From: Sphingomonadales bacterium
Lineage (GTDB): Bacteria > Bacteroidota > Bacteroidia > UBA7662
Reading direction: 5' to 3'
Length of the DNA: 64,000 nucleotides
Assembly (NCBI GenBank): GCA_016872215.1
Contig: VHAX01000003.1
Location: 8,820-72,819 of the forward strand
The notes beneath the pieces are model-generated. The model had not been told where the DNA came from and made no database searches. It saw only the letters and a list, made by a program, of their open reading frames with translations. Position numbers and translations under genes: made by a program. Positions 1 through 9,070 of this stretch are shown here, one piece after another (position 1 is the stretch's first letter; each line of letters opens with the position of its first letter).

Positions 1-1
1 T

Positions 2-1276
2 TATGTTAATGACCTGAACACACCCAATCCGACCATTCTCGGCTATCGCTCGGGTGTACAATGGTACACTGCTCAGGGTACCGAAGTGCGAAATGCTTCC
101 GGAATTGCGGCTGCCTCCGCATCGGGACGTGTAACCCCATATCTGCGCGATGCCACCCAAAATGAAGTTCGGGCCGACGCATTTGTAGATTATACCCCGC
201 AGATTAATTTTATGCCCCGTGTGGCCTTTTCGTTTCCCATATCCGACGAGGCCCAGTTTTTTGCGCACTACGATGTGCTGACCCAACGCCCCAGTGATTT
301 CTTCCGTTTCGATCCGCGTCAGTATTTCTACCTCCAGCAAATCGGCGGAACAATCAACAACCCTGACCTCAAACCTGAGCGCACGATTGATTACCAGCTG
401 GGATTCAAACAGAGATTGAATAAGACCTCTGCGCTCACAATTAGTGCCTTTTATCGTGAGTTACGGAATATGATTCAGATCATCAACGTACCCTTTGCAT
501 TCCCGTTGGATTATCGTACCTACGGAAATATTGACTTTGGTACGGTAAAGGGTCTGACCTTGAGCTATGACCTCCGCAGAACAGGTAATGTGCGCATCAA
601 CGCTAGTTATACCCTTCAGTTTGCGGATGGTACAGGCTCAGCGCCCGAACAAGCAACGAATATTATCCAGGCAGGTATCGATAATCTACGTACACCTATT
701 CCGTTGGACTTTGATGCGCGGCACCGTTTGGTGGGTACACTCGATTTCCGATTCGGTGAGGGCTCCAATTATAGTGGACCACGGATTGCTGGGCTTGGAA
801 TCCTTGAAGGCGTAGGCTTCAATTTTGTGGCTAATGCCATATCAGGCACGCCGTTTTCTCGTCAAACTGTGCCCACACCTGCAGGAGCTGTTGTTGGTGG
901 ATTGCAGGGAAGAACCACCTTGAAAGGCGGAATCAATGGTTCGCGCCTTCCATGGCAGTTTCGGATGAATCTGCGGGTCGACAAAGACATCAGCTTTAAA
1001 ATGGCCTCCGATCGCAACGACAAACCTAGAGAGGCTACAATAAATGTATTCCTGCAGGTATTGAACCTGTTCAATAACATGAACGTGATCGATGTGTACC
1101 AGTTCACCGGTGACCCTTTGGATGATGGTTATCTGACAAGCGATTTGGGTCGGCAACAAGCGCAGGGTGTCCTAAATCAGCAGGCGTTTCTTGATTTGTA
1201 CAGGGCTTCTATGGATGCTCCAGGTAATTTTAGTATACCCCGGCGGACTCGTTTAGGCATACGTTTCAACTTTTAA
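2..1276 (+). CDS. TonB-dependent receptor-like outer membrane beta-barrel, C-terminal part (5' end outside window)
   Basis: Frame is open from base 2 (YVNDLNTPNP...). Contains NPDLKPERTIDYQLGFKQ, alternating beta-strand pattern and terminal LGIRFNF (aromatic C-terminal residue). Confidence 0.85.
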   Translation, partial: YVNDLNTPNPTILGYRSGVQWYTAQGTEVRNASGIAAASASGRVTPYLRDATQNEVRADAFVDYTPQINFMPRVAFSFPISDEAQFFAHYDVLTQRPSDFFRFDPRQYFYLQQIGGTINNPDLKPERTIDYQLGFKQRLNKTSALTISAFYRELRNMIQIINVPFAFPLDYRTYGNIDFGTVKGLTLSYDLRRTGNVRINASYTLQFADGTGSAPEQATNIIQAGIDNLRTPIPLDFDARHRLVGTLDFRFGEGSNYSGPRIAGLGILEGVGFNFVANAISGTPFSRQTVPTPAGAVVGGLQGRTTLKGGINGSRLPWQFRMNLRVDKDISFKMASDRNDKPREATINVFLQVLNLFNNMNVIDVYQFTGDPLDDGYLTSDLGRQQAQGVLNQQAFLDLYRASMDAPGNFSIPRRTRLGIRFNF

Positions 1277-1281
1277 GAAAT

Positions 1282-4200
1282 ATGACCAACATGAATATTT
1301 TCAAGCATATGAAAAAAATCAGTTTAGCGCTTCTGTTCATTTGTGGCCTTGTTATGGGTGCACAAGCGCGTGAGGATCTTTCTGTGGGCAGGCGAACCGA
1401 CCAAAACAACCGTAATTTTATTGCGCGTCTGGCCTCAACATGTACCCCGCCCTCTGCCAAGATCAATCTGGACATCAACAATGTTCGTACGATGATTCTG
1501 CGTGGCAACGATATGTGGTGGGATTTGGCCAGCAACCCGCGCTATGAAATCCCAAAACTCGACGACCCTAGTTTGCCTAAAAAGCACTCATTATTTGCAG
1601 GTTCGGTATGGGTAGGTGGAATTGATGCGGTTGGCACGTTGAAAGTTGCTGCTCAAACCTATCGTCAGACTTCTGTTCTCGGTGTGGGTTGGTGGTCGGG
1701 TCCCCTAACGCTCGACTCGGCTACCATTTCCAAGTCGGAGTGTGATCGGTGGGATACACACTGGAAGGTGGAGCGCAAGCAGATTCAAGACCACATTGCG
1801 GGTATTGAATCGGAAGACCCCAATTATGTTGTACCCGATGCCATACGCAATTGGCCCGCGAGTGGCGACGTAACCCTGTTGCAGGATCCGAAACTGGCTC
1901 CGTTTGTGGACGTTGATGCCGACGATATCTACAATCCGAGTGCGGGTGATTATCCGTTCATTTATGGAGACCAGTCCATTTGGTTTGTAACCAATGACAA
2001 GGGAAATGCACCAGGCTCCGGTGGCACACCCATTGGTATGGAGATTCAAACCCAGGCGTTTGGCTATCGTTCCAATGACGAATTGAACAATATGACGTTC
2101 TACACGAATAAGATTATTAACAGGTCGTCAATTACTCTCACGAACTGCTATATGGCGCAGTGGGTCGACCCGGATATGGGTAACTACACAGATGATTTTG
2201 TGGGATGCGATGTGCCAAGAGGTTTGGGAATATGCTATAATGGTGATGATGAGGATGAGGGCATTCAGGGGTATGGTGAAAATCCACCCTCTATCGGAAT
2301 TGACTTTTTCGAAGGCCCATTCTCTGACTTGAATGATGGAATAGACAACGATCGTGACGGATTGGTTGATGAAATTGCAGCAACGGGATGTGATCCTGAA
2401 CCTCGCACAGAGCGCATCATCATGGCAAAGTTCCTCTACTTCAATAACGATGGCACACCGATTGGCAACCCGACTACCGCTGAGCATGCCTACAACTACA
2501 TGATTGGCAAATGGAAAGACAATAGTCAGATGGTATATGGTGGTACAGGCTACCCAGGTTCATCAGGAGCAACCACTACGCCCGCCGGATTGATGTTTCC
2601 TGGTGCCTCTGACCGCGCATATGGTTGGTCAGTTGGAGGCTCGGTCCAGAATCCGATTGCTCCTCCTTTTGATTGGGATGAGAATAACCCTGGTCCCGGT
2701 GCCCAAGCCAACGTTCCTGCGGATCGTCGATTCGTTCAGTCTGCAGGCCCATTTACCCTCGTGCCGGGAGCCATTAACTACATCACCATTGGTGTGGTTT
2801 GGGCACGCGCTTCTTCGGGAGGTGCTCGTGGCTCGTTCAATCAGTTGTTGAGAGCCGACTCTAAGGCGCAGGCGCTCTTCGATGCTTGCTTCAAGACCAT
2901 AGATGGTCCGGATGCCCCTGATGTTTCTATCACTGAATTGGATCAGGAGCTAATCCTTAGTTTCTCATATCGCCCCACCAGCAACAACTACAATCTTCGG
3001 TATAGGGAGATAGACCCTGTGATTCAGGCATTGAATCGTGATCTTCCCCCTGGAGTACCATTGTATGATTCGGTGTATAAATTCGAAGGTTTTAAGGTTT
3101 ATCAGTTGTCGGCCTCCAATGTGTCAACGGGAGAATTGGATGACCCAACTCGCGCGCGCCTTTTGTATCAGGGGGATTTGAAAAATGGAGTTTCCCGTAT
3201 AATCAATTGGGATTTTGACTTGGAAATGGAGCAGTCGGTTCCCTATATCGCGGTGGATGGTGCCAATGAGGGCGTGAAGATGACCCTGCGAGTCACCCGA
3301 GATTTGTTCGCCGAGGGTAGCGATCGTCTGGTTAATTTCAAACGTTATTACTATCTGGTCGTAGCCTACGCCTACAACAAATATCAGGAGTTTGATCCAG
3401 TGGCCTTATTGGGTCAACAGCGCCCCTACCTCGCGGGACGTAATAATGTTTCGACTTACACAGGAATCCCGCACAAATGGGAGCCTACCTTCAACGGCTT
3501 GATTCTGAATTCGGCTTATGGCGATGGTCCCGAAATTACGCAGTTGGAGGGTCGTGGAAATGGCGGTCGTAACCTTGAGCTTACTGAGGAGACACTTAAT
3601 GAAATTTTAAATAACGGATACGCAGTTGCACCAAAATTTGAGAAGAGTTTTGGTCCTATCGATATCAAGGTGATCGATCCAACATTAGTGCCTCGCGCCA
3701 AAATGCAGTTGGCCATGTACAAAGGCACGCCTACCGGAACAGCAGCTGTCGATAACAGCGCTCGCTGGTATATCTTATACAACAACGACACCATTTTCTC
3801 GGATACGACTATAGCCTTGGCCAATGAGCAGATTCTGGGTTACTATGAGTCTACCGCTATTTTCCGCAGGTTGGGACTTAGTGCAACAATACGCAATGTA
3901 GCACCTCCTGGTGATGCTTCTGTACTTGAAACCGGGAATGGATTGATTACCTCTGGTTACCGTTTTTCTGAGCCATCGCGTGAGTGGATGTTTGGTCTGC
4001 CCGACGGATTTGGTTTGTTTGACTGGATTAAAGCGGGTCCTGCCAATGTGGGTGGAGGTGATGGTTTCATTGTAGATGGTGATCCAAAGCGTGCCTATGA
4101 AGGAGTGGTTCGGATGACGGTACCGGGAACGGATTTGCAGGGCGGAACCTGGTCGCCCATGCGTTTTGCAATGCCGTCCGCGATAACACCTGGTGTTTTC

Positions 4201-5250
4201 GTGGATGATATCCCCCAAGCCACACCTTTCCGTTTGGCTGCACGCCTTGACAGTTTGAAGAGTGTCGATATTGTAATCACCCCCGATAAATCTAAATGGA
4301 CACGTTGTGTGGTTCTGGAAATGTGTGAGGCAAGTGCCGAATCGCAAGGTGGTCGTAGAAGAAATCACATTCGAAATGCCGCATCTGTGGATAAAGAGGG
4401 TAATGTAGACCAGAATGAAAGCCGTCTGGGCCTGAGTTGGTTCCCCGGATATGCCATCAGTTTGGAAACGGGAACGCGTCTGAACATGGCCTTCGGTGAG
4501 GATAGCCGTGCTTCTCTATCCAATGGTCGCGATATGATTTGGAACCCGAATGACACCTTGTTTGGTGATGTCGGACGTGGTCAACCTCAGATTACCATGG
4601 GGGGCAAACATTTCATTTATGTGTTCGGCTCGCGCTACGACACCGCCAATTATGTCTACAATCAGTTAGCAGGGCCGGGTGTGAATGTGAATAATTTGGG
4701 GAACAGCTTGTTGCGCAATGTGTATCGTGAGGTTTTATGGACGTCCATACCGTTGCTTTCTACAGGTAAGCGCTTGTTGGATAACGAAGTGCGTTTTACT
4801 ATCCGTGTGAACAATTCATACGGTAAGTTTCTTGCTCTGGGAGCACAAATGCTCAACTCAGGAAATCCTAGATATGAGTTCGATCTGACTGATTTGGCCC
4901 CCATCAAGAATGATCTGCCTACTGCTCAGAAGGCGCTGGATCTCATTCGTGTGGTTCCCAATCCTTACTACGGAGCTTCGCGCTATGAAACGAGCCAGAT
5001 CGATAATCGCGTTCGCATCACAAATCTGCCCGTTCAGTGTGTAATCAAGATCTATACGCTGAACGGAACTTTGATTCGTACTCTTAGGAAAGACGATGCC
5101 AGCACCTTTGTGGATTGGGATCTCTTGAATCAGGAGCGAATTCCGATTGCCAGTGGTATGTATTTGCTCCATGTGAATGCACCAGGTATTGGTGAAAAGG
5201 TTGTGAAGTGGTTTGGCGTTACGCGCCCTATCGACTTGGATACATTCTAA
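1282..5250 (+). CDS. Large secreted protein of unknown function with T9SS type-A/FlgD-Ig-like C-terminal sorting domain (1322 aa; start may be ATG 1309)
   Basis: Signal peptide MKKISLALLFICGLVMGAQA. C-terminal IRVVPNPY...IKIYTLNGTLIRTL...WDL...IASGMYLLHV. Asp/Gly-rich putative Ca-binding loops. Confidence 0.8.
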   Translation: MTNMNIFKHMKKISLALLFICGLVMGAQAREDLSVGRRTDQNNRNFIARLASTCTPPSAKINLDINNVRTMILRGNDMWWDLASNPRYEIPKLDDPSLPKKHSLFAGSVWVGGIDAVGTLKVAAQTYRQTSVLGVGWWSGPLTLDSATISKSECDRWDTHWKVERKQIQDHIAGIESEDPNYVVPDAIRNWPASGDVTLLQDPKLAPFVDVDADDIYNPSAGDYPFIYGDQSIWFVTNDKGNAPGSGGTPIGMEIQTQAFGYRSNDELNNMTFYTNKIINRSSITLTNCYMAQWVDPDMGNYTDDFVGCDVPRGLGICYNGDDEDEGIQGYGENPPSIGIDFFEGPFSDLNDGIDNDRDGLVDEIAATGCDPEPRTERIIMAKFLYFNNDGTPIGNPTTAEHAYNYMIGKWKDNSQMVYGGTGYPGSSGATTTPAGLMFPGASDRAYGWSVGGSVQNPIAPPFDWDENNPGPGAQANVPADRRFVQSAGPFTLVPGAINYITIGVVWARASSGGARGSFNQLLRADSKAQALFDACFKTIDGPDAPDVSITELDQELILSFSYRPTSNNYNLRYREIDPVIQALNRDLPPGVPLYDSVYKFEGFKVYQLSASNVSTGELDDPTRARLLYQGDLKNGVSRIINWDFDLEMEQSVPYIAVDGANEGVKMTLRVTRDLFAEGSDRLVNFKRYYYLVVAYAYNKYQEFDPVALLGQQRPYLAGRNNVSTYTGIPHKWEPTFNGLILNSAYGDGPEITQLEGRGNGGRNLELTEETLNEILNNGYAVAPKFEKSFGPIDIKVIDPTLVPRAKMQLAMYKGTPTGTAAVDNSARWYILYNNDTIFSDTTIALANEQILGYYESTAIFRRLGLSATIRNVAPPGDASVLETGNGLITSGYRFSEPSREWMFGLPDGFGLFDWIKAGPANVGGGDGFIVDGDPKRAYEGVVRMTVPGTDLQGGTWSPMRFAMPSAITPGVFVDDIPQATPFRLAARLDSLKSVDIVITPDKSKWTRCVVLEMCEASAESQGGRRRNHIRNAASVDKEGNVDQNESRLGLSWFPGYAISLETGTRLNMAFGEDSRASLSNGRDMIWNPNDTLFGDVGRGQPQITMGGKHFIYVFGSRYDTANYVYNQLAGPGVNVNNLGNSLLRNVYREVLWTSIPLLSTGKRLLDNEVRFTIRVNNSYGKFLALGAQMLNSGNPRYEFDLTDLAPIKNDLPTAQKALDLIRVVPNPYYGASRYETSQIDNRVRITNLPVQCVIKIYTLNGTLIRTLRKDDASTFVDWDLLNQERIPIASGMYLLHVNAPGIGEKVVKWFGVTRPIDLDTF

Positions 5251-5264
5251 AAGACCGGCTATTT

Positions 5265-6317
5265 ATGAAAATGATGAATATTTCTAGATTTTTCCTGTGC
5301 ATCGGATTGGGTTCTGTTCTCACTATGCCCGCATTTGCTGGCAATCCCGATCGTAGGGGTCAGGCTGGTGCCACAGAGTTACTGATTTTGCCATGGGCTC
5401 GCAGTTCGGGCTGGGTGGGTGTCAATTCTTCCTGTATCCGTGGTATTGAAGCTGAGCGTATGAATATTGCCGGTCTGGCGTTCACACAAAAGACAGAACT
5501 TAATTTCGCACGCACGACCTGGCTGAGTGGAAGTGACGTATATGTGAACGGCTTTGGTCTTGCACAACGGATCAATGAGTCAAGTGTATTGGGCTTATCT
5601 GTGATGTCACTTGATGTAGGAGCTGTTGACATTACGACCGTGGAGAATCCGGATGGTGGATTGGGAACGTTCAAACCTTCATTTTCCAACATTGGCCTGT
5701 CATATGCCAAATCATTTTCTGACCGAATCCATGGTGGTGTGACCTTGCGCATTATTTCGCAGAGTATCTCAGACGTTTCTGCGCAAGGGGTGGCATTCGA
5801 TGCGGGTATTCAGTACGTGTCGGGAAGAAAAGAAGAGATGAAGTTTGGCATTGCGCTACGGAATGTGGGTACTCCTATGGTGTTTGGCGGAGATGGTTTA
5901 TCGGCCCGTGGTACTATGCAGGGAAGTACTGTTCCCCTCACACTGAGTCAACGTTCTCAGGCCTTTGAATTGCCCTCACTCATGAATATTGGCGTGTCTT
6001 ACGATATTTATCTGACCGATGACGACAACTACCGCCTTACGCTTGCGGGTAATTTCACCTCCAACTCATTTACCAACGATCAGTATGGATTTGGCGCGGA
6101 ATTGAGTTTCAAAAACATCATCGCGGTTCGTACCGGATACCAGGTCGAGGATAATCTTTCGGATGAAGCGCTGATTCAGAACGTGTATACGGGCATGAAT
6201 TATGGTATTTCGATTGATGCACCCAGTGGCAAGAGCCGATTTGGTTTTGATTATGCTTATCGTGCTAGTAACCCATTCAGCGGTACGCATGTAATCGGAG
6301 TCCGCTACGGATTGTAA
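5265..6317 (+). CDS. PorV/PorQ-family (FadL-like) outer membrane beta-barrel
   Basis: Signal peptide followed by GNPDRRGQAGATELLILPWARSSG plug-like motif, amphipathic strands and terminal VIGVRYGL. Start placed at ATG 5265, after the upstream stop at 5250. Confidence 0.75.
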   Translation: MKMMNISRFFLCIGLGSVLTMPAFAGNPDRRGQAGATELLILPWARSSGWVGVNSSCIRGIEAERMNIAGLAFTQKTELNFARTTWLSGSDVYVNGFGLAQRINESSVLGLSVMSLDVGAVDITTVENPDGGLGTFKPSFSNIGLSYAKSFSDRIHGGVTLRIISQSISDVSAQGVAFDAGIQYVSGRKEEMKFGIALRNVGTPMVFGGDGLSARGTMQGSTVPLTLSQRSQAFELPSLMNIGVSYDIYLTDDDNYRLTLAGNFTSNSFTNDQYGFGAELSFKNIIAVRTGYQVEDNLSDEALIQNVYTGMNYGISIDAPSGKSRFGFDYAYRASNPFSGTHVIGVRYGL

Positions 6318-6340
6318 GAATTTTTAGTAATTTTACAGAC

Positions 6341-6371
6341 GAACGCCCCAATTCGGGGCGTTCCGTTGTTT
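6341..6371 (+). terminator. Intrinsic terminator-like hairpin closing the three-gene module
   Basis: GAACGCCCC-AATTC-GGGGCGTTC perfect 9-bp stem followed by CGTTGTTTT. Confidence 0.65.
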
Positions 6372-6386
6372 TAATAGCATGAGTTC

Positions 6387-6860
6387 ATGAGCGAAACATC
6401 TTATTTCACACAAGCGGGCCTCGATAAATTGAAGGACGAGTTGACCGATCTGAAGACGCGCGGAAGAGCTGAAATGGCCAAGGCAATCCAGGAGGCGCGG
6501 GACAAAGGTGACTTATCGGAGAATGCTGAGTATGACGCGGCCAAGGATGCACAGGGACTCTTAGAAATGCGCATTGCGAAGCTGGAAAATATTTTGGCGA
6601 GTGCGCGGGTATTAGACGAGAGTACGATCGATTTGTCGCGCGTTCAGGTATTAACAAGGGTAAAAATTCGAAATATGGCCAACAATGCGGAAATGTCGTA
6701 TAGTATTGTTTCGGAGAAGGAGGCGGATTTAAAGGTTGGGAAAATATCGAGTACCTCACCCATTGGAAAGGGATTGGTGGGTAAGGCGAAGGGGGAGATT
6801 GCAGAGATTCAGGTGCCTTCAGGGATTATGAAGTTCAAAATTCTGGAAATCAGTCTGTAA
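6387..6860 (+). CDS. greA: Transcription elongation factor GreA
   Basis: ARDKGDLSENAEYDAAK and ISSTSPIGKGL motifs. Confidence 0.97.
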   Translation: MSETSYFTQAGLDKLKDELTDLKTRGRAEMAKAIQEARDKGDLSENAEYDAAKDAQGLLEMRIAKLENILASARVLDESTIDLSRVQVLTRVKIRNMANNAEMSYSIVSEKEADLKVGKISSTSPIGKGLVGKAKGEIAEIQVPSGIMKFKILEISL

Positions 6861-6865
6861 CCGCT

Positions 6866-7264
6866 ATGCCCACCCTGTTTTCGCGCATCATAAAGGGTGA
6901 AATTCCTTGTCACTTCATCGCTGAAAACGATCGGTTTTTTGCCTTTCTCGACATTCAGCCTTTAACGATGGGTCACGTATTGGTGGTGCCCAAACTGGAA
7001 GCCGATTATGTCTTCGATCTCGATGTCGATACGTATTCTGGATTATTCGAATTTGCACGAAAAGTGGCACCGGCCATAGAAAAAGCTATTACTTGTAAGC
7101 GCATAGGCCTCGCTATTGTAGGCTTAGAGGTCCCCCACGTACACATACACTTAATTCCGATGAACCAGGGGAGCGATATGGATTTTGGAAAAAAAAAACT
7201 GAATCCATCGTCTGATGAGTTGGCAAACACTGCCGAGCTGATCAGGGCGCAATGGAATGGGTAA
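6866..7264 (+). CDS. HIT (histidine triad) family protein
   Basis: TLFSRIIKGEIP, FLDIQP, GHVLVVPK and VPHVHIHLIP triad. Confidence 0.95.
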   Translation: MPTLFSRIIKGEIPCHFIAENDRFFAFLDIQPLTMGHVLVVPKLEADYVFDLDVDTYSGLFEFARKVAPAIEKAITCKRIGLAIVGLEVPHVHIHLIPMNQGSDMDFGKKKLNPSSDELANTAELIRAQWNG

Positions 7265-7271
7265 CTTATTT

Positions 7272-7826
7272 TCAAAGGCGGCCCACCCGCCCCGGGTTGT
7301 TTTTTATAAATGAGGCCCAATTGGCAGGGCTCGAGTTCGCCACGGTGCCTTTTCTCAATCCGAAAGCGTGACAAAGTGATACAGCAATCGCATCTGTGGC
7401 GTCTGTTGGTAAGTCGGCACTGATCGTATTCTTAAGCAGAATGGGCAACATGGCCGCAACCTGTTCCTTCCCTGCGTTTCCATTGCCCGTTATGGCCTGC
7501 TTAACCCGACGCGGTGCATATTCAAATACCGGTATATCGAGTTGAAGAGCAGCTGCAATCACAACGCCCTGCGCCCTTCCAAGTTTAAGGGTGCTCTGAA
7601 TGTTCTTTCCGTAGAATGGTGCTTCGATGGCCATTGCGTCAGGTTTATGAAGGCGTATAAATGCCGTGGCCGACTGAAGAATATGACGAAGCCGGTCTGC
7701 TGAATCTTCCTCGGCACTCTTCCAGATGCCCGCATCCAGAAGTTCGTAGCTTCCTCCGGAGTAGTTTATAAGTCCGAAGCCAGTAACCCGCGACCCGGGG
7801 TCAATACCTAATATCAACGTTTCCAT
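7272..7826 (-). CDS. ruvC: Holliday junction resolvase RuvC
   Basis: ILGIDPGSRVTGFG, AIEAPF, VKQAITGNGNAGKEQV and DATDAIAVSLCH motifs. Confidence 0.96.
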   Translation of the reverse strand: METLILGIDPGSRVTGFGLINYSGGSYELLDAGIWKSAEEDSADRLRHILQSATAFIRLHKPDAMAIEAPFYGKNIQSTLKLGRAQGVVIAAALQLDIPVFEYAPRRVKQAITGNGNAGKEQVAAMLPILLKNTISADLPTDATDAIAVSLCHAFGLRKGTVANSSPANWASFIKNNPGRVGRL

Positions 7827-7914
7827 GCTGCTGAATGGGAAAGTGATTTGAAAAATCGAAAGATCATGAGCAAATATAGAGTGAATGGTTGACCCATCCC
7901 CTAAATTGCAACTT

Positions 7915-8063
7915 CAATGAATAGTAAGCTTCAGGCGTTCGTGAATCGGTTGCAGGTAAACTGGAACTACAATGAATGATGAACCTTGGGCATTCGTGAA
8001 TCGGTTGCGGATAAACTGGAACTACAATGAATGGTAAACCTTGGGCATTCGTGAATCGGTTGC
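7915..8063 (+). repeat. Tandem repeat with 55-bp unit, about 2.7 copies, covering the ABC permease start region
   Basis: Units begin at 7915, 7970 and 8025 (CAATGAAT...TTCGTGAATCGGTTGC...AAACTGGAACTA). Confidence 0.92.
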
Positions 8064-9061
8064 CAGCTCCTGCGCGGATCAGTTTCTGGATTCTGCTGGG
8101 TATAAGTATTTTTTCGATCATGGCCCCATGGATCGCGCCCGATTCTTCCCCTGACGCCAACCGGCAGGATGTGCGCATCAGGACCCTTCCGCCTGCCCGG
8201 AGTGTCGATTTTCTCGTTGAGCACAATGCAAAGGGCGACTCTATCTGCTTTGACCAAAAACGCACTCCTCTGATGTGGTATGAACGCACTGACTTTGGGT
8301 TTAGATATGTGGTATGGGATCAGCCCGAGGACACCCTAAGTGTACGTCAGTCGCATGAATACAAAGTGAATTTGATTAGGCAGACCTTTTGGCTGGGCAC
8401 GGATTTGATGGGCCGCGATTTGCTGAGTCGACTCCTACTTGGGATGCGTATAACCCTGAAGATTGGGGTCTTTGCCGTAATGGTGAGCCTTTTGGTGGGC
8501 ATATGTGTGGGTATGCTGGCCGGATATTATGGCGGCAAGGTCGACCAATGCCTCACTTGGCTGATGCAGGTCGTGTGGTCGGTCCCCTCAATCATGCTCG
8601 TAATTGCCTTCTCCTTGGCCATGGGCCGGGGCGCCTGGCAGGTGTATCTCGCGGTGGGACTCACCCTATGGGTGGATGTGGCACGCCTTGTTCGGGGGGA
8701 GGCACGTCGACTCCGAGAGCAGGAATTTGTGCTGGCTGCCCAGGTTTTGGGCTATGGTCCGGGGAGGATTATGCTGCATCATTTGTTGCCCAACATGGCC
8801 GGCCCGATACTTATCATGGCCTCAGCGCAGTTTGCAAGTGCCATACTCGTGGAATCGGGGCTCAGCTTTTTGGGCCTGGGCATACAACCACCAGCGCCCA
8901 GTCTGGGGATGATGATTCGTGAGCATTATCCCTATATTCTTACCCGCTCCGCATGGCTGGCTATTGCCCCCGGTGTGGCGATCTCCGGGATGGTCTTGGC
9001 CTCTAATCTACTCAGCACCGGCCTCAGCGATCTATTTGGCAGAGTGGGCGGAACTTCTTAA
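8027..9061 (+). CDS. Peptide ABC transporter permease (OppC/DppC family)
   Basis: FWLGTDLMGRDLLSRLL, ARLVRG, EQEFVLAAQVLG (EAA loop) and ESGLSFLGLGIQPP motifs. Confidence 0.92.
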   Translation: MNGKPWAFVNRLPAPARISFWILLGISIFSIMAPWIAPDSSPDANRQDVRIRTLPPARSVDFLVEHNAKGDSICFDQKRTPLMWYERTDFGFRYVVWDQPEDTLSVRQSHEYKVNLIRQTFWLGTDLMGRDLLSRLLLGMRITLKIGVFAVMVSLLVGICVGMLAGYYGGKVDQCLTWLMQVVWSVPSIMLVIAFSLAMGRGAWQVYLAVGLTLWVDVARLVRGEARRLREQEFVLAAQVLGYGPGRIMLHHLLPNMAGPILIMASAQFASAILVESGLSFLGLGIQPPAPSLGMMIREHYPYILTRSAWLAIAPGVAISGMVLASNLLSTGLSDLFGRVGGTS

Positions 9062-9070
9062 GTTGCCAGT

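Noticed and set aside
7189-7198. A10 run in the HIT gene (also T9 at 31680 and G8 at 9873 and 38863) as phase-variation switches
   Set aside because: All are in frame and explained by Lys/Phe/Gly codons, mostly in housekeeping genes. There is no evidence of variation without reads.
6387-7264. greA-HIT adjacency as a novel module
   Set aside because: From recall this is a routine Bacteroidota gene order, and nothing here suggests new function.
7915-8063. 55-bp repeats as a mini CRISPR array
   Set aside because: Units are contiguous with no unique spacers, the last copy is coding sequence, and there are no cas genes.
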